From: Candidatus Latescibacterota bacterium | GTDB lineage: Bacteria > Latescibacterota > UBA2968 > UBA8231 | Direction of reading: 5' to 3' | Assembly: GCA_965197905.1 (NCBI GenBank) | Contig: CBDAOB010000005.1 | Coordinates: 480,001 to 544,000 of the forward strand | DNA length: 64,000 bases | In this document: in pieces, positions 1 to 9,251 of the stretch | Layout of the letters: the number at the start of each line of letters is the position of its first letter | Position numbering within the stretch: position 1 is the stretch's first letter | The notes under the pieces: generated by a model | The model's database searches: none | The model's input: only the letters and a program-made list of their open reading frames with translations | What the model was told of the DNA's origin: nothing | Position numbers and translations under genes: made by a program

Positions 1-675
1 CGCGTTCAAGACGACATCGCCGATCCGCTTTACCAGTATGTGTCCAACCCTCTGGTTCAGGGCAACTACGAAATTCGGCTGCAGAGTGATGGTCTAAGCT
101 ATCGCAACAGCTGGGCGAGCTTGAGTTTCATAAAACTCAAATATCTCGGCGTCCAGAATATGAACGTCAATACGACGTGGCGTTATGACCGCAACCGGCG
201 CCTCAAAGAGACCTTCAGAGATGGTGATACGCAGCGAAAAGGAACCGACTGGTCGCTGGCAGTGGTGAATCGCATCGATTACGCCTGGGAGCCCATCACC
301 AACTTTGTCGTTACCCCCATGGCGAAGTTCAGCTATCGTCGTGAGGATTCAGCCATTTTTGACGGCACGATAGCCGACGAAACCACCTTCGCTCCGATAG
401 TTCGCGCTGATTACACGTTGACCGAGAAAACCGTACTGCGGGCCGGTCTTCAGGGCCTGCCGTTTTTCAAACATCGATTCCGCAACGATGCCGCTTCCTT
501 TCGGGACTTCAATGCGTGGCACTACATCTTTGCCTTTCAGAACAACAGTAGCTACATCGGATACGAGGTCAGTATGAATCTGGGCTTCCGGAAGTCGTTC
601 ATCGACAATGTCGGTTCGAAGTCGATCGGCAAGGTCGAGACCTCGGAATTCTTCCTCCAAGTAAGGACGAACTGA
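1..675 (+). CDS. Family A secreted beta-strand-rich protein, 5'-partial (C-terminal part only)
   Basis: Frame is open from base 1 (RVQDDIADP..., matching KRVKDDIPD in the next gene). Carries family motifs PIVRADY..LRAGLQG.P and NNSSYIGYEVSMNLG. Confidence 0.8.
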   Translation, partial: RVQDDIADPLYQYVSNPLVQGNYEIRLQSDGLSYRNSWASLSFIKLKYLGVQNMNVNTTWRYDRNRRLKETFRDGDTQRKGTDWSLAVVNRIDYAWEPITNFVVTPMAKFSYRREDSAIFDGTIADETTFAPIVRADYTLTEKTVLRAGLQGLPFFKHRFRNDAASFRDFNAWHYIFAFQNNSSYIGYEVSMNLGFRKSFIDNVGSKSIGKVETSEFFLQVRTN

Positions 676-679
676 ACCC

Positions 680-3448
680 ATGCTGAGATCAACTATTATC
701 GCGTTTGGTTCGCTGCTCGGCCTGGCGCTTGCTGCCTGGGGCGAGGGCGCGCCCAAGCTTGTCGATCCTCATACGACCGGTTCGCGCCTTTTGCTGTATC
801 GTCCCGGACTGTTGACCTACGACAACTATGGGATCGAAGGCTACAGGCCCTGGCCGCGCAACGTACTGACCCGAACGGCGAATCCGGTATATGACGAATT
901 TGGACAGTTCCTCGTCAACGGCGTCGAGGTATATCGGATGCAAGAGACGCGAAGGTTAGAGAAGAATCCGGTAAGCGCTTTTTTCGAAGGTAGCAACCAC
1001 CTCAAGCCGGCGAATTACGACAGTTATGTAAACCGCCTCATGGTTGCCGATGACAGCTACAACGCCTGGCACACCAGGTTCATTATTGGTGACCGAATCC
1101 GCACGCACTTCTCGCCTTTATATCTCGATCTTGCGGCCCTAAACGGGATTCGTTGGGACTTGGCCAACGAATCCCAGGCCTTTACCGTGGTTTCTTCACG
1201 CATGGATCGACCCCTATTTCGACAGGCTGATGTGGCCGCCCTTGGTACAACGGCGAATGCGGCCTATCTATTAGGTGGGCATTGGCGTGGTAAGTTCAAC
1301 ACTATCGAAGCGGCAGCTTCTTACGTCAATCTCTTTCGAATCGATGCATCTGCCCGGCCGAATTGGAACGGCATGAAAGGCAGGCTGCCTAAAATCAACA
1401 ACGTCATTGATTATCTTGTGGTTCGAGTGGACGATAGCTCCATACGCGATGGAGAAGGTGCACGCGTTTACGACATGCACATGATGATCAACGGCGAGCG
1501 CCGAGACGACCTGCAGCCGTTTGTGACCCTGCACCATCAGGATGTCTTCGATCTCGATTATCCAAACGGCGACCGCCAGTTTCCGCGAGGTCCCGGCTCC
1601 ATTCCGCCCTTCATCGAGGCAATTCAGGCACGAAACGGCATTAATACGATTGACACGTTCGATCCACCGTTCCCAGAGTTTTTTAAAGCGGATGGCAAAG
1701 AGTATGTGCTCTACTGGTTCCCGATACCACAGGAAGAAAACGACATCAAGAAGGCGTCGTTCGAAGCATTGGTAAGTGGCAACTACACCATCAGCATCGC
1801 CGAAGTGTATGCGTTGCAACTTGATGCTCGTCGCGACGATCCCCGGGCTCGAAACGAGTCCACTTACTTCAATGCGGTTGTTGGATCAAATGGCCGTGGC
1901 TCGCCCGGATCGGACATTCGACGGGTGCGCTTTGACTATGGTCGACAGACGGGCGTTACAATAACAGGTGTGGAGCTCAAGACCGCGGTAAAAGGATTCC
2001 AGTTCAAAAGCGAGTGGGCACACAGCTTCAATTATCTGAAGTATCCCGGTGCTAAACCCCTGTGCGACGATTGTCCCAGCGGGGCTCGCCATGACAAGGG
2101 TGGTAGCGCCTGGCTCGTTAACGCAGAGAGGGAGTTGTCGCCAACCGCTGCCTTCGGCGGCGAGTGGTTCCGCCTAGATCCGGAGTATACGACACAGCTG
2201 TCTTCCAATGACCGCAGTCTGTCTCGGTATACGGATCCTCCGGGGCCGTATGCAGGAGACCTTGGCACCGCCAAGACCGGTCTAAACTTTACGTTGGACC
2301 TGAATTCTGTCGACGACAACGACGATAAGGACCCATTCCCAGACGACTTTTTCCTGCGCAGCTTTACGGATCGAAACGGGGTTTTCCCTGGTTTGGACAA
2401 GGATCTTGACGGCACGCCCGACACCAACCGGAACTTCAACAGTGTTCCTGACTATTTTGAGCCGTTTCTGCTGTATGACGTCGATCCGGATGATTTCGAA
2501 TATGGCGAGGATCTGAATAACAATGGAGTCATCGATTACCGCGAGGATGACGCCAAGCCCGACTATCCCTACGATCTGAACCGCAAGGGGTATCACCTCT
2601 TCGTGCGGCTGCGGCCTCAAAGTCGGCTGGAACTGAACGTCGGTCGCTACGACATGGCGGCGATCCGCGGCGGCATGCGCAGCAAAGTCAACTACGTCAA
2701 GGGTGAGTACATCGCCAAATATCCGGCCATTGGACAGCTGCGAATCGTCGACTTTCTCAAGCGAGTGAAGGACGATATTCCGGACGACGTGTCGCGTTAC
2801 GGCGATATCACCAACTTCGATATCTTCACCCCTCGAAGCACCATCGCAGTATTTGCCGAGGACCGGCTGCTGATGCGGAACAGCTGGGTCAATACGACCT
2901 TCGTTGAGTTCTCCTATGTGGGTATCGACAACTTCTTTGCCGATGCCAATGTGCAGTACGAGTTCAACGATCAACAGGGCGGCCGCATGCTGCCTTCGAA
3001 CAAGATCTCTAAGTGGACCTCAGTCATCCGCGCCGATTACAATTGGCACATTGGTGAGTTTCAGATCGCGCCGCGCTACAAGTTCATGTTTCGCAAGCGT
3101 ACCGACGATGAGTTGCAGGTCCACCAGCTGGAGGAGATTTTTTCCTATCCCATGCTTGTGGGGCGATACCAATTCACCGACAACAGTTGGCTTCGCGTAG
3201 GTGTTCAGGGTTTCCCAGGTCTGCCGGCGCTGTATTCAAATCGCATCGACAAGAACCAGAGCTACGACACGAAGGATCTGCTGCTGATGCTGATCAACCG
3301 CTTCGAATATGCCGGCTACGACCAGGTGTTGACCGCGGGATACCGCATCAGCCAAAGAGACATGGAAAATCGTGACCGCTCGGTGCAGGACATCAATTTC
3401 GAGGAATTCTTTGTCAACATCATCGTTGGCCTGGAACCGGTACTGTAA
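680..3448 (+). CDS. Family A secreted protein (922 aa), putative outer-membrane beta-barrel with Asp-rich Ca-binding insertion
   Basis: N-terminal signal peptide; DDNDDKD..GVFPGLDKDLDGTPDTNRNFNSVPDY.EPF..DLNNNG..DYREDD..DYPYD block; alternating hydrophobic strands in the C-terminal third; aligns by eye with 9252, 43732 and 46664. Confidence 0.8.
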   Translation: MLRSTIIAFGSLLGLALAAWGEGAPKLVDPHTTGSRLLLYRPGLLTYDNYGIEGYRPWPRNVLTRTANPVYDEFGQFLVNGVEVYRMQETRRLEKNPVSAFFEGSNHLKPANYDSYVNRLMVADDSYNAWHTRFIIGDRIRTHFSPLYLDLAALNGIRWDLANESQAFTVVSSRMDRPLFRQADVAALGTTANAAYLLGGHWRGKFNTIEAAASYVNLFRIDASARPNWNGMKGRLPKINNVIDYLVVRVDDSSIRDGEGARVYDMHMMINGERRDDLQPFVTLHHQDVFDLDYPNGDRQFPRGPGSIPPFIEAIQARNGINTIDTFDPPFPEFFKADGKEYVLYWFPIPQEENDIKKASFEALVSGNYTISIAEVYALQLDARRDDPRARNESTYFNAVVGSNGRGSPGSDIRRVRFDYGRQTGVTITGVELKTAVKGFQFKSEWAHSFNYLKYPGAKPLCDDCPSGARHDKGGSAWLVNAERELSPTAAFGGEWFRLDPEYTTQLSSNDRSLSRYTDPPGPYAGDLGTAKTGLNFTLDLNSVDDNDDKDPFPDDFFLRSFTDRNGVFPGLDKDLDGTPDTNRNFNSVPDYFEPFLLYDVDPDDFEYGEDLNNNGVIDYREDDAKPDYPYDLNRKGYHLFVRLRPQSRLELNVGRYDMAAIRGGMRSKVNYVKGEYIAKYPAIGQLRIVDFLKRVKDDIPDDVSRYGDITNFDIFTPRSTIAVFAEDRLLMRNSWVNTTFVEFSYVGIDNFFADANVQYEFNDQQGGRMLPSNKISKWTSVIRADYNWHIGEFQIAPRYKFMFRKRTDDELQVHQLEEIFSYPMLVGRYQFTDNSWLRVGVQGFPGLPALYSNRIDKNQSYDTKDLLLMLINRFEYAGYDQVLTAGYRISQRDMENRDRSVQDINFEEFFVNIIVGLEPVL

Positions 3449-3472
3449 GCTAACCTATCGAGTGTAGAGGAA

Positions 3473-6400
3473 ATGGCTACAATTCTGATTATCGCGGCCC
3501 TCGCCGGCCTCATTGCAGGCTCCCGAATGGTGCCGACGCCGGAGGAGATCCGTGCTTCCTTCAAGCAGGGGCAGAAGTTCTATGCTTCGGAAGATTACGA
3601 GCAAGCCATCGAGATGTTCGAGGAGATCACCGGCATCGAGAGCTCGTTGCTTTCTACCGACGAGATCACGGAAGAGATAGGCGAGATCAAAGCTCCGATT
3701 AAGGAGATCGCCCTCTACCAGACAGGCAACTCGTATTTCAAGCAGGGGGAAGAAACGCAGTTCAAGTCGCGGCGGGCCAGGGAACCGAAGCTCAAGGAGG
3801 AACTTTCCGCCGCTGCCAACGAAGATTTCCTCAAGGCGGCCGACTTCTTCAGACGTTCCGAAGCTACTTCTTCGAGCCCCAAGTTGAGGGCACTTGCGCG
3901 CAACCGTCTCGTCAGCACGCTTTACGAGAGCGGCGATTTCGACGGAGTAGGCAAGGAGGGCCAGGTCTTCGAGGAACATTATGCCGACAGTCCGTGGTTG
4001 GTAAACGTTCTTTACAACGTCGGTTGGGCCTATTTCGACACCGAGCGTTATCCCGAATGCATCGAAGTCTACCAGCGTCTCATTCGGCATTTTCCTAAGG
4101 GTTTCCAGGCCGACCGTAGTCTTTTCCAGATCGCCGAAGCGTACTACCGGCAAGAGAATTACGAAAAAGCCATTCCTTGGTATCGCGACGTGGTTGACCG
4201 ACAGGGAATCGAGCAGATGACCGACCGACAGCTTCTGCGCATGCGCCGTGAGAAGCTGGCGGGGCTGGTAGATGAAACGGCGCTGGAGTTGGCGGCCAAA
4301 GCCCAGATCAAGATCGGTGACAGCTATTCACACCTCGGCAACATCGACGAAGCTCTCACGGCATTTGAGAAGGTGATCATCGCTTTCTCCCAAGAGCAGC
4401 GACTCGTGTCTGAGGCTTATATCCGGCTCGCCGACATGTATTACCAAAATGGCGACTTTGACGGCGCGGTGGCCACCTACCAGCGGGCGATCGACAGCAG
4501 CAACAATCGCTACTTCCAAGCCGGCATGCAGTCGTTGCTCGCCGAGCACTACTACAAGACGGAAGATTTTCCCAACGCCATCGCCGAATACAAGCTCTAT
4601 CTGGATGCTTACGCCGACGTTGCTTCCGCTGCCGGATTGTCGGCATCGTGGGCGCAGTACAAGGTTGCTCGCGCCCATTTCGAGCTCGCCGAAGATCATC
4701 GCGAAGCGTCGCGAACAGACAGTGCGAAGATCGAATATGAGCGGTCCATCGATGGCTATCAAACCATCGAAACCAGTTATCCGGAGACCGAGCTCGCTCT
4801 GGCAGCTACCAAATTCAATGTCGCTTTATGTTACCAGATGTTGGGTTTGATGGACGTCGAAGGGGGTACGGATGAAGCCCTGAATATCTACAGTCTCATC
4901 GTAAAGGAAAACCTGGTTCCCGACTACGTGCGGAGCTCTCTTCTGCAGAAAGCGCGCATCCTTTATCAGGGCGGCGAGTTTGCGGGAGCGCTCTCGGCGT
5001 ACGAAAAGATTCTGGCCGATTTTCCGGAGGCTCGCGAGCGCCACGCCGCCAAATTCGAGATGGCACTATGTCATCGCGATCTCGGCAGGGGCGATACGGC
5101 TATTGGCATCTTCCAGGAGATAGAGCCAGAGTCCGGCCTCCTGCCCAAGGCGATGCTTGAAGCCAGCCGGCTGCTGTCGGAAGCGCAGGATTTCCAAGCT
5201 TCCCTCGCGGCACTAGAAAAAGGCCTGAAGAATACGACGGATGCGAGAGAACGGGCGCGCTTCTATTATATGAAGGGGCGCACCCTGATCGAGATCGAAG
5301 AGTTCGAGCAAGCTGTCGACGCGCTCGCTCAAGCGGCATCCCTCACCGATGAGGACGATGTCAGGAGCGGTGCCACATACGGCCGTGGAGTGAGTCTGCT
5401 CAAGCTGAAGAGGTACGCCGAAGCGGTTGCCGATCTGGAACCCCTGCTCGAAAGCGACAACGAGGACCTCGTCAAGTCGGCGCGTCGCATGATAGGACTG
5501 GCAAATCTGGAAATGGGCCGGGAACGGGAGGCCATCGAGGATTACACCGCCCTGGTAGAGAGTTCCACCGATCCTCTCGAGCGGGTCGAGAACATGATCG
5601 TTCTCTCCGAGCTCTATTACAGTCTTGAGAACTTTGCGAAGGTCGAGGAGATCTGTCGCGATATCATCGCAATGGATTTTCCGGACGAGAAGACTGAACT
5701 ACCCTACTTCCTGAAGGAAAAAGCCTACTTCCTCTTGGGAGATACCTACAACCAGCGCAACGATATCACTTCGCTGATCGCCACCTACAGGAAGGCCGTT
5801 GCACGCTATCCCAATTCCTACTACTCCGCGGATATGAACTTCGCTCTAGGTCAGGTCCTCTTCGAAAGGGAAGACCTCGTCGAGACGGTTGATGTATTTA
5901 CGACCTACCTGGAGGGATTTCCGCGCCATCCCAACAGACCTTACGGGCTGTATTATATGGGGTACGCGTTGTTCAACTTGACCCGCTTCGAAGGTGCAGC
6001 CGAAACATTTGGCGACTTGGCGGAGGGTTATCCGGACAGCGAGTTGGCCCCAGACGCGTTGTTCCGCGCAGGAGAGGCCCGTTACAATCTGGGCCAGTTC
6101 GATGGCGCCCTGGGGTATTACGAAACGCTGCTTGAGACAGCGCCCGATGCCGATCTCGCCGACGACGCTTCTTACAACCTGGCCTGGGCGCTGTTGAATC
6201 TGGAGCGCGACAACGACGCCATGGTTGCCTTCGAGAAGATGGCGGTCGATTATCCGAAGAGTCCGCTGGCTCCCAACGCACAGTTCACAGTAGGTGACTT
6301 TCTCTATAATGAGGAGCGCTACAAGGAGGCGATTCGGGCCTATGAAGAGGTGGCTCGACGATTCCCGCGCAGCGACGTCGCCGATCGCGTGCCGGCGCTA

Positions 6401-6730
6401 TTGGATGATTTGAACGAGGTTGTTGCCTACAACGAATACGCCGGCGCAGAGGCGATTTTTGCGTCCGCCTTGGAGACCGACGACAAAGCCAAATTTCGGG
6501 AGGCCATCGGTAGCTTTACAGAGATTGCCCAGAAGTATCCGAAAACCGAAAGCGCCATCGGCGCATTGAGCAATATGGGTGTTTGTTACGAAAGCCTGGG
6601 TGAGTGGACGAAAGCGGTGGAAGTCTACGACCAGGTGCTGGAAAGATTCAGTGACGAAGAGGGCCAGCGCGAAGAAGCGTATCGGTTCGCCCAAATGCAC
6701 AAGGACTGGATTGTTAGCACCCGGTTGTAA
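3473..6730 (+). CDS. Large tetratricopeptide-repeat protein (1085 aa), CpoB/BamD-like repeats
   Basis: N-terminal hydrophobic segment; many ~37 aa repeats of the type A.F..G..YY....Y..A...Y......YP.S; GAGG RBS upstream. Confidence 0.9.
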   Translation: MATILIIAALAGLIAGSRMVPTPEEIRASFKQGQKFYASEDYEQAIEMFEEITGIESSLLSTDEITEEIGEIKAPIKEIALYQTGNSYFKQGEETQFKSRRAREPKLKEELSAAANEDFLKAADFFRRSEATSSSPKLRALARNRLVSTLYESGDFDGVGKEGQVFEEHYADSPWLVNVLYNVGWAYFDTERYPECIEVYQRLIRHFPKGFQADRSLFQIAEAYYRQENYEKAIPWYRDVVDRQGIEQMTDRQLLRMRREKLAGLVDETALELAAKAQIKIGDSYSHLGNIDEALTAFEKVIIAFSQEQRLVSEAYIRLADMYYQNGDFDGAVATYQRAIDSSNNRYFQAGMQSLLAEHYYKTEDFPNAIAEYKLYLDAYADVASAAGLSASWAQYKVARAHFELAEDHREASRTDSAKIEYERSIDGYQTIETSYPETELALAATKFNVALCYQMLGLMDVEGGTDEALNIYSLIVKENLVPDYVRSSLLQKARILYQGGEFAGALSAYEKILADFPEARERHAAKFEMALCHRDLGRGDTAIGIFQEIEPESGLLPKAMLEASRLLSEAQDFQASLAALEKGLKNTTDARERARFYYMKGRTLIEIEEFEQAVDALAQAASLTDEDDVRSGATYGRGVSLLKLKRYAEAVADLEPLLESDNEDLVKSARRMIGLANLEMGREREAIEDYTALVESSTDPLERVENMIVLSELYYSLENFAKVEEICRDIIAMDFPDEKTELPYFLKEKAYFLLGDTYNQRNDITSLIATYRKAVARYPNSYYSADMNFALGQVLFEREDLVETVDVFTTYLEGFPRHPNRPYGLYYMGYALFNLTRFEGAAETFGDLAEGYPDSELAPDALFRAGEARYNLGQFDGALGYYETLLETAPDADLADDASYNLAWALLNLERDNDAMVAFEKMAVDYPKSPLAPNAQFTVGDFLYNEERYKEAIRAYEEVARRFPRSDVADRVPALLDDLNEVVAYNEYAGAEAIFASALETDDKAKFREAIGSFTEIAQKYPKTESAIGALSNMGVCYESLGEWTKAVEVYDQVLERFSDEEGQREEAYRFAQMHKDWIVSTRL

Positions 6731-6753
6731 AACTAAAATAGCAGGAGTTAACC

Positions 6754-7965
6754 TTGACAGAGCGTCTTGACAACATAGCGCAACGTTTTCGGGGTCCGGC
6801 CGATTTTCTAAAGACGGCTGAACTTCTCCGTCTGCGCAGATTCACCTATTGGGGGTTGATTGGTGCGTTCATAATCACCGGAATTCCGGTGATTTATTTG
6901 GCGACCCAGGACCGGGTCAAAAAAGCACCCAAACCTCCCATAATGCACTTGGTGGTCCGCAAGCCACGCATGACGAAACCTTTCGAGTTTGAGAAGCGCA
7001 AGATACCCAAGCGCAAGATGACCCGGCAGGTTACAGCGGCCAAACCTGAGATAACACGCCGGCCGCAGATTCGGCGTCCTGATCTCATCGGAAAGATCAA
7101 GACCTTCCGCTTTGGCGTCGACACAGGGGCCGATCTGGGCCTTGAGGTCGTGCAGCCCGATATCCAGCGCGTTGCGATTACAAGCCCGAAGGACCCCGAA
7201 AAAAGGATAAGCATGCAGGAAGAGTTCCTGGACCTGGATGCGTTGGACATCGGCAAATACAAAGGACTGGTTATTCAGGATCCGACGGACAAGCAGAATA
7301 TTACCGGGTTTGTGTATTTGTCGCTGGCATGGGGTAATGACTGGAAACCAGCCACTCAACGCGCCATCTTCGAGTTGGTCGAGGCGATCAACAATTACAC
7401 GCAGATCAGGGCTGAAGTCGACGACCACCTTTTCCTCGACTCCAGGGACATTTACCGCACGCCTTTCGTTTATATAACGGTTGGCGAAGCCTTTGTTCCG
7501 ACTGAGCGCGAAGTGGAAAATCTCGGGTCCTATCTACGGAACGGTGGTTTCGCGCTGGTGGAAAACGCGACCCCCGACATCGAGTACAGCCCGGCAGAGG
7601 CATCTTTGCGCCAGATGTTGAAGCAATCGCTGGGACGCGACGCTCGCTTCCGGGTGCTACCCAACGATCATCCCATCTACCACAGTTTCTTCGACTTTGA
7701 CGATGGCCCACCGCCGCAAAGGAGCGAGGATCGCATCGACTTTCAGCGCGATTTTCGGCCTGAAGTCCCGTATCTGGAGGGCATCTTCCTGGGTGACCGC
7801 CTCGTGGTGGTTTTCTCCAATAAGGCCTACGGCATAGCGTGGGAGAAGGAATTCCGCAACGAACCGCAGCTGCAAATAGGGATCAACCTCGTGGTCTTCG
7901 CCTTGACGCAGCAGGGCTCCATCGCACAGCAACAGATCGACTTCTTCAAGGAGACTACACAGTGA
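6754..7965 (+). CDS. Membrane-anchored DUF4159-domain protein
   Basis: TTG start after AGGAG; one TM helix, then a Lys/Arg/Pro-rich linker; C-terminal E.ENL..YL..GGF, HPIY.SFF.F, LEGI...DRL.VVFS and GINLVVFALT motifs typical of DUF4159. Confidence 0.75.
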   Translation: MTERLDNIAQRFRGPADFLKTAELLRLRRFTYWGLIGAFIITGIPVIYLATQDRVKKAPKPPIMHLVVRKPRMTKPFEFEKRKIPKRKMTRQVTAAKPEITRRPQIRRPDLIGKIKTFRFGVDTGADLGLEVVQPDIQRVAITSPKDPEKRISMQEEFLDLDALDIGKYKGLVIQDPTDKQNITGFVYLSLAWGNDWKPATQRAIFELVEAINNYTQIRAEVDDHLFLDSRDIYRTPFVYITVGEAFVPTEREVENLGSYLRNGGFALVENATPDIEYSPAEASLRQMLKQSLGRDARFRVLPNDHPIYHSFFDFDDGPPPQRSEDRIDFQRDFRPEVPYLEGIFLGDRLVVVFSNKAYGIAWEKEFRNEPQLQIGINLVVFALTQQGSIAQQQIDFFKETTQ

Positions 7966-9245
7966 GGACCAACACTACTATGATATCAAAGGCTGCAAAG
8001 CGTTGGCTCGGGTTGCTGATACCCGGCGTGGCTTTGTTCGGGGTTGCCGGATGTTTTCTTTTTCCGCCCGCGATCAAATACCAGGCGATTCTCACGCCAA
8101 CCGAGGGTCAAAAAGCTGCACGCGAGGAAGCCCAGTACGTGCCCAGCGAAGACGGAACCGTCTCGTACGAGATTCCGGGAATGCGCATCGAGGTCAAGCC
8201 TATGACGGACGATGAGCTCAACCAGATGTTCCCGGACGAATCGACCCGCGGAAAATATTCCACCAACGCCTATACCTACGGGGATTGGGTAGATCCACGA
8301 CTCGGCTACACCCCCAATCGCTTCTCGGTGTTCAAGGTGACGATCTACAACCGCACCTACCCCAAGGTCATGTTGGATCCAAGCGAGGTGACGCTGGAGA
8401 CGAATCGCGGCCAGTACCTGCAATCCTACGGCATTTCAGCGGCCGCAGACCAGAACAATTTCGAGAATTATTATCGCTCCCGTCGAGGTCAAAGTGGCAA
8501 CGAATTCTATCGCTTCGAGTTGCGCATGGGCGCCGTACGGTCATACAACTATGAGGAAGAGCAGCCAGTTTTCAAGGGCGAGAACTACGGCGGATTTATA
8601 GTTTTCGATCCGGTCGAACAGGAGACCGATTCGGTGACTCTGACCTTGAGCGACTTCACCTTTCGGTTTGGCGCTTTTGACAACCCGATCGACAGTGAGG
8701 ATTTGACGTTTACCTTCAAACATAATATCGAAAAGTCGGAAGTAGAGAGGTTGACAGGACCGGCAGTGGAAGCGGAGCAGTTGATGGTCACCGAGTCCGG
8801 TCCAAGCCGGGTATTGGGTAATCTTCCGGACGATCGCACCCGCAGCGTCAGCGCCATTCAGGCGGTTGCACGTCAGCGTCTTAACGGCTTGAACCGTTGC
8901 TTTACCTCCTACTTCGACAAAGGCGAGGCCCAGGAGGGCCGGGTTGTGGTGAACTTTACCATCGAGGTTGGTGGTGCGATCTCGGAAGTTCGGGTAACTG
9001 AATCCACGGTCGATAACGACGAGGTTTCCCAGTGTATTCGCGGTGACGTGCTGCGTTGGTCCTTGCGCCCGATCGACATAGCCGGGCTGCAGGCGGCGCG
9101 TACGCAAGCGTCCTCCGCGGCGGGCGCCATCGATGGTCCGGGCCTTGGTGCTGCCGCCGGCGGCGGCGTAGCCGTTGCTCAAGTTCGCGTCGTGCCGGTA
9201 ACCGTCACCTACCCATTCGAGTTCAGGGTTCCGGCAGCAAAATAA
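7962..9245 (+). CDS. Lipoprotein with C-terminal TonB-like (AgmX/PglI-type) domain
   Basis: GTG start overlapping the upstream TGA (GTGA) after AAGGAG; lipobox LFGVAGC; C-terminal L..CF.......GRVVVNFTI..GG.ISEVRV.EST.....V.QCI......W...VTVTYPFEF. Confidence 0.75.
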   Translation: MRTNTTMISKAAKRWLGLLIPGVALFGVAGCFLFPPAIKYQAILTPTEGQKAAREEAQYVPSEDGTVSYEIPGMRIEVKPMTDDELNQMFPDESTRGKYSTNAYTYGDWVDPRLGYTPNRFSVFKVTIYNRTYPKVMLDPSEVTLETNRGQYLQSYGISAAADQNNFENYYRSRRGQSGNEFYRFELRMGAVRSYNYEEEQPVFKGENYGGFIVFDPVEQETDSVTLTLSDFTFRFGAFDNPIDSEDLTFTFKHNIEKSEVERLTGPAVEAEQLMVTESGPSRVLGNLPDDRTRSVSAIQAVARQRLNGLNRCFTSYFDKGEAQEGRVVVNFTIEVGGAISEVRVTESTVDNDEVSQCIRGDVLRWSLRPIDIAGLQAARTQASSAAGAIDGPGLGAAAGGGVAVAQVRVVPVTVTYPFEFRVPAAK

Positions 9246-9251
9246 TCACAC

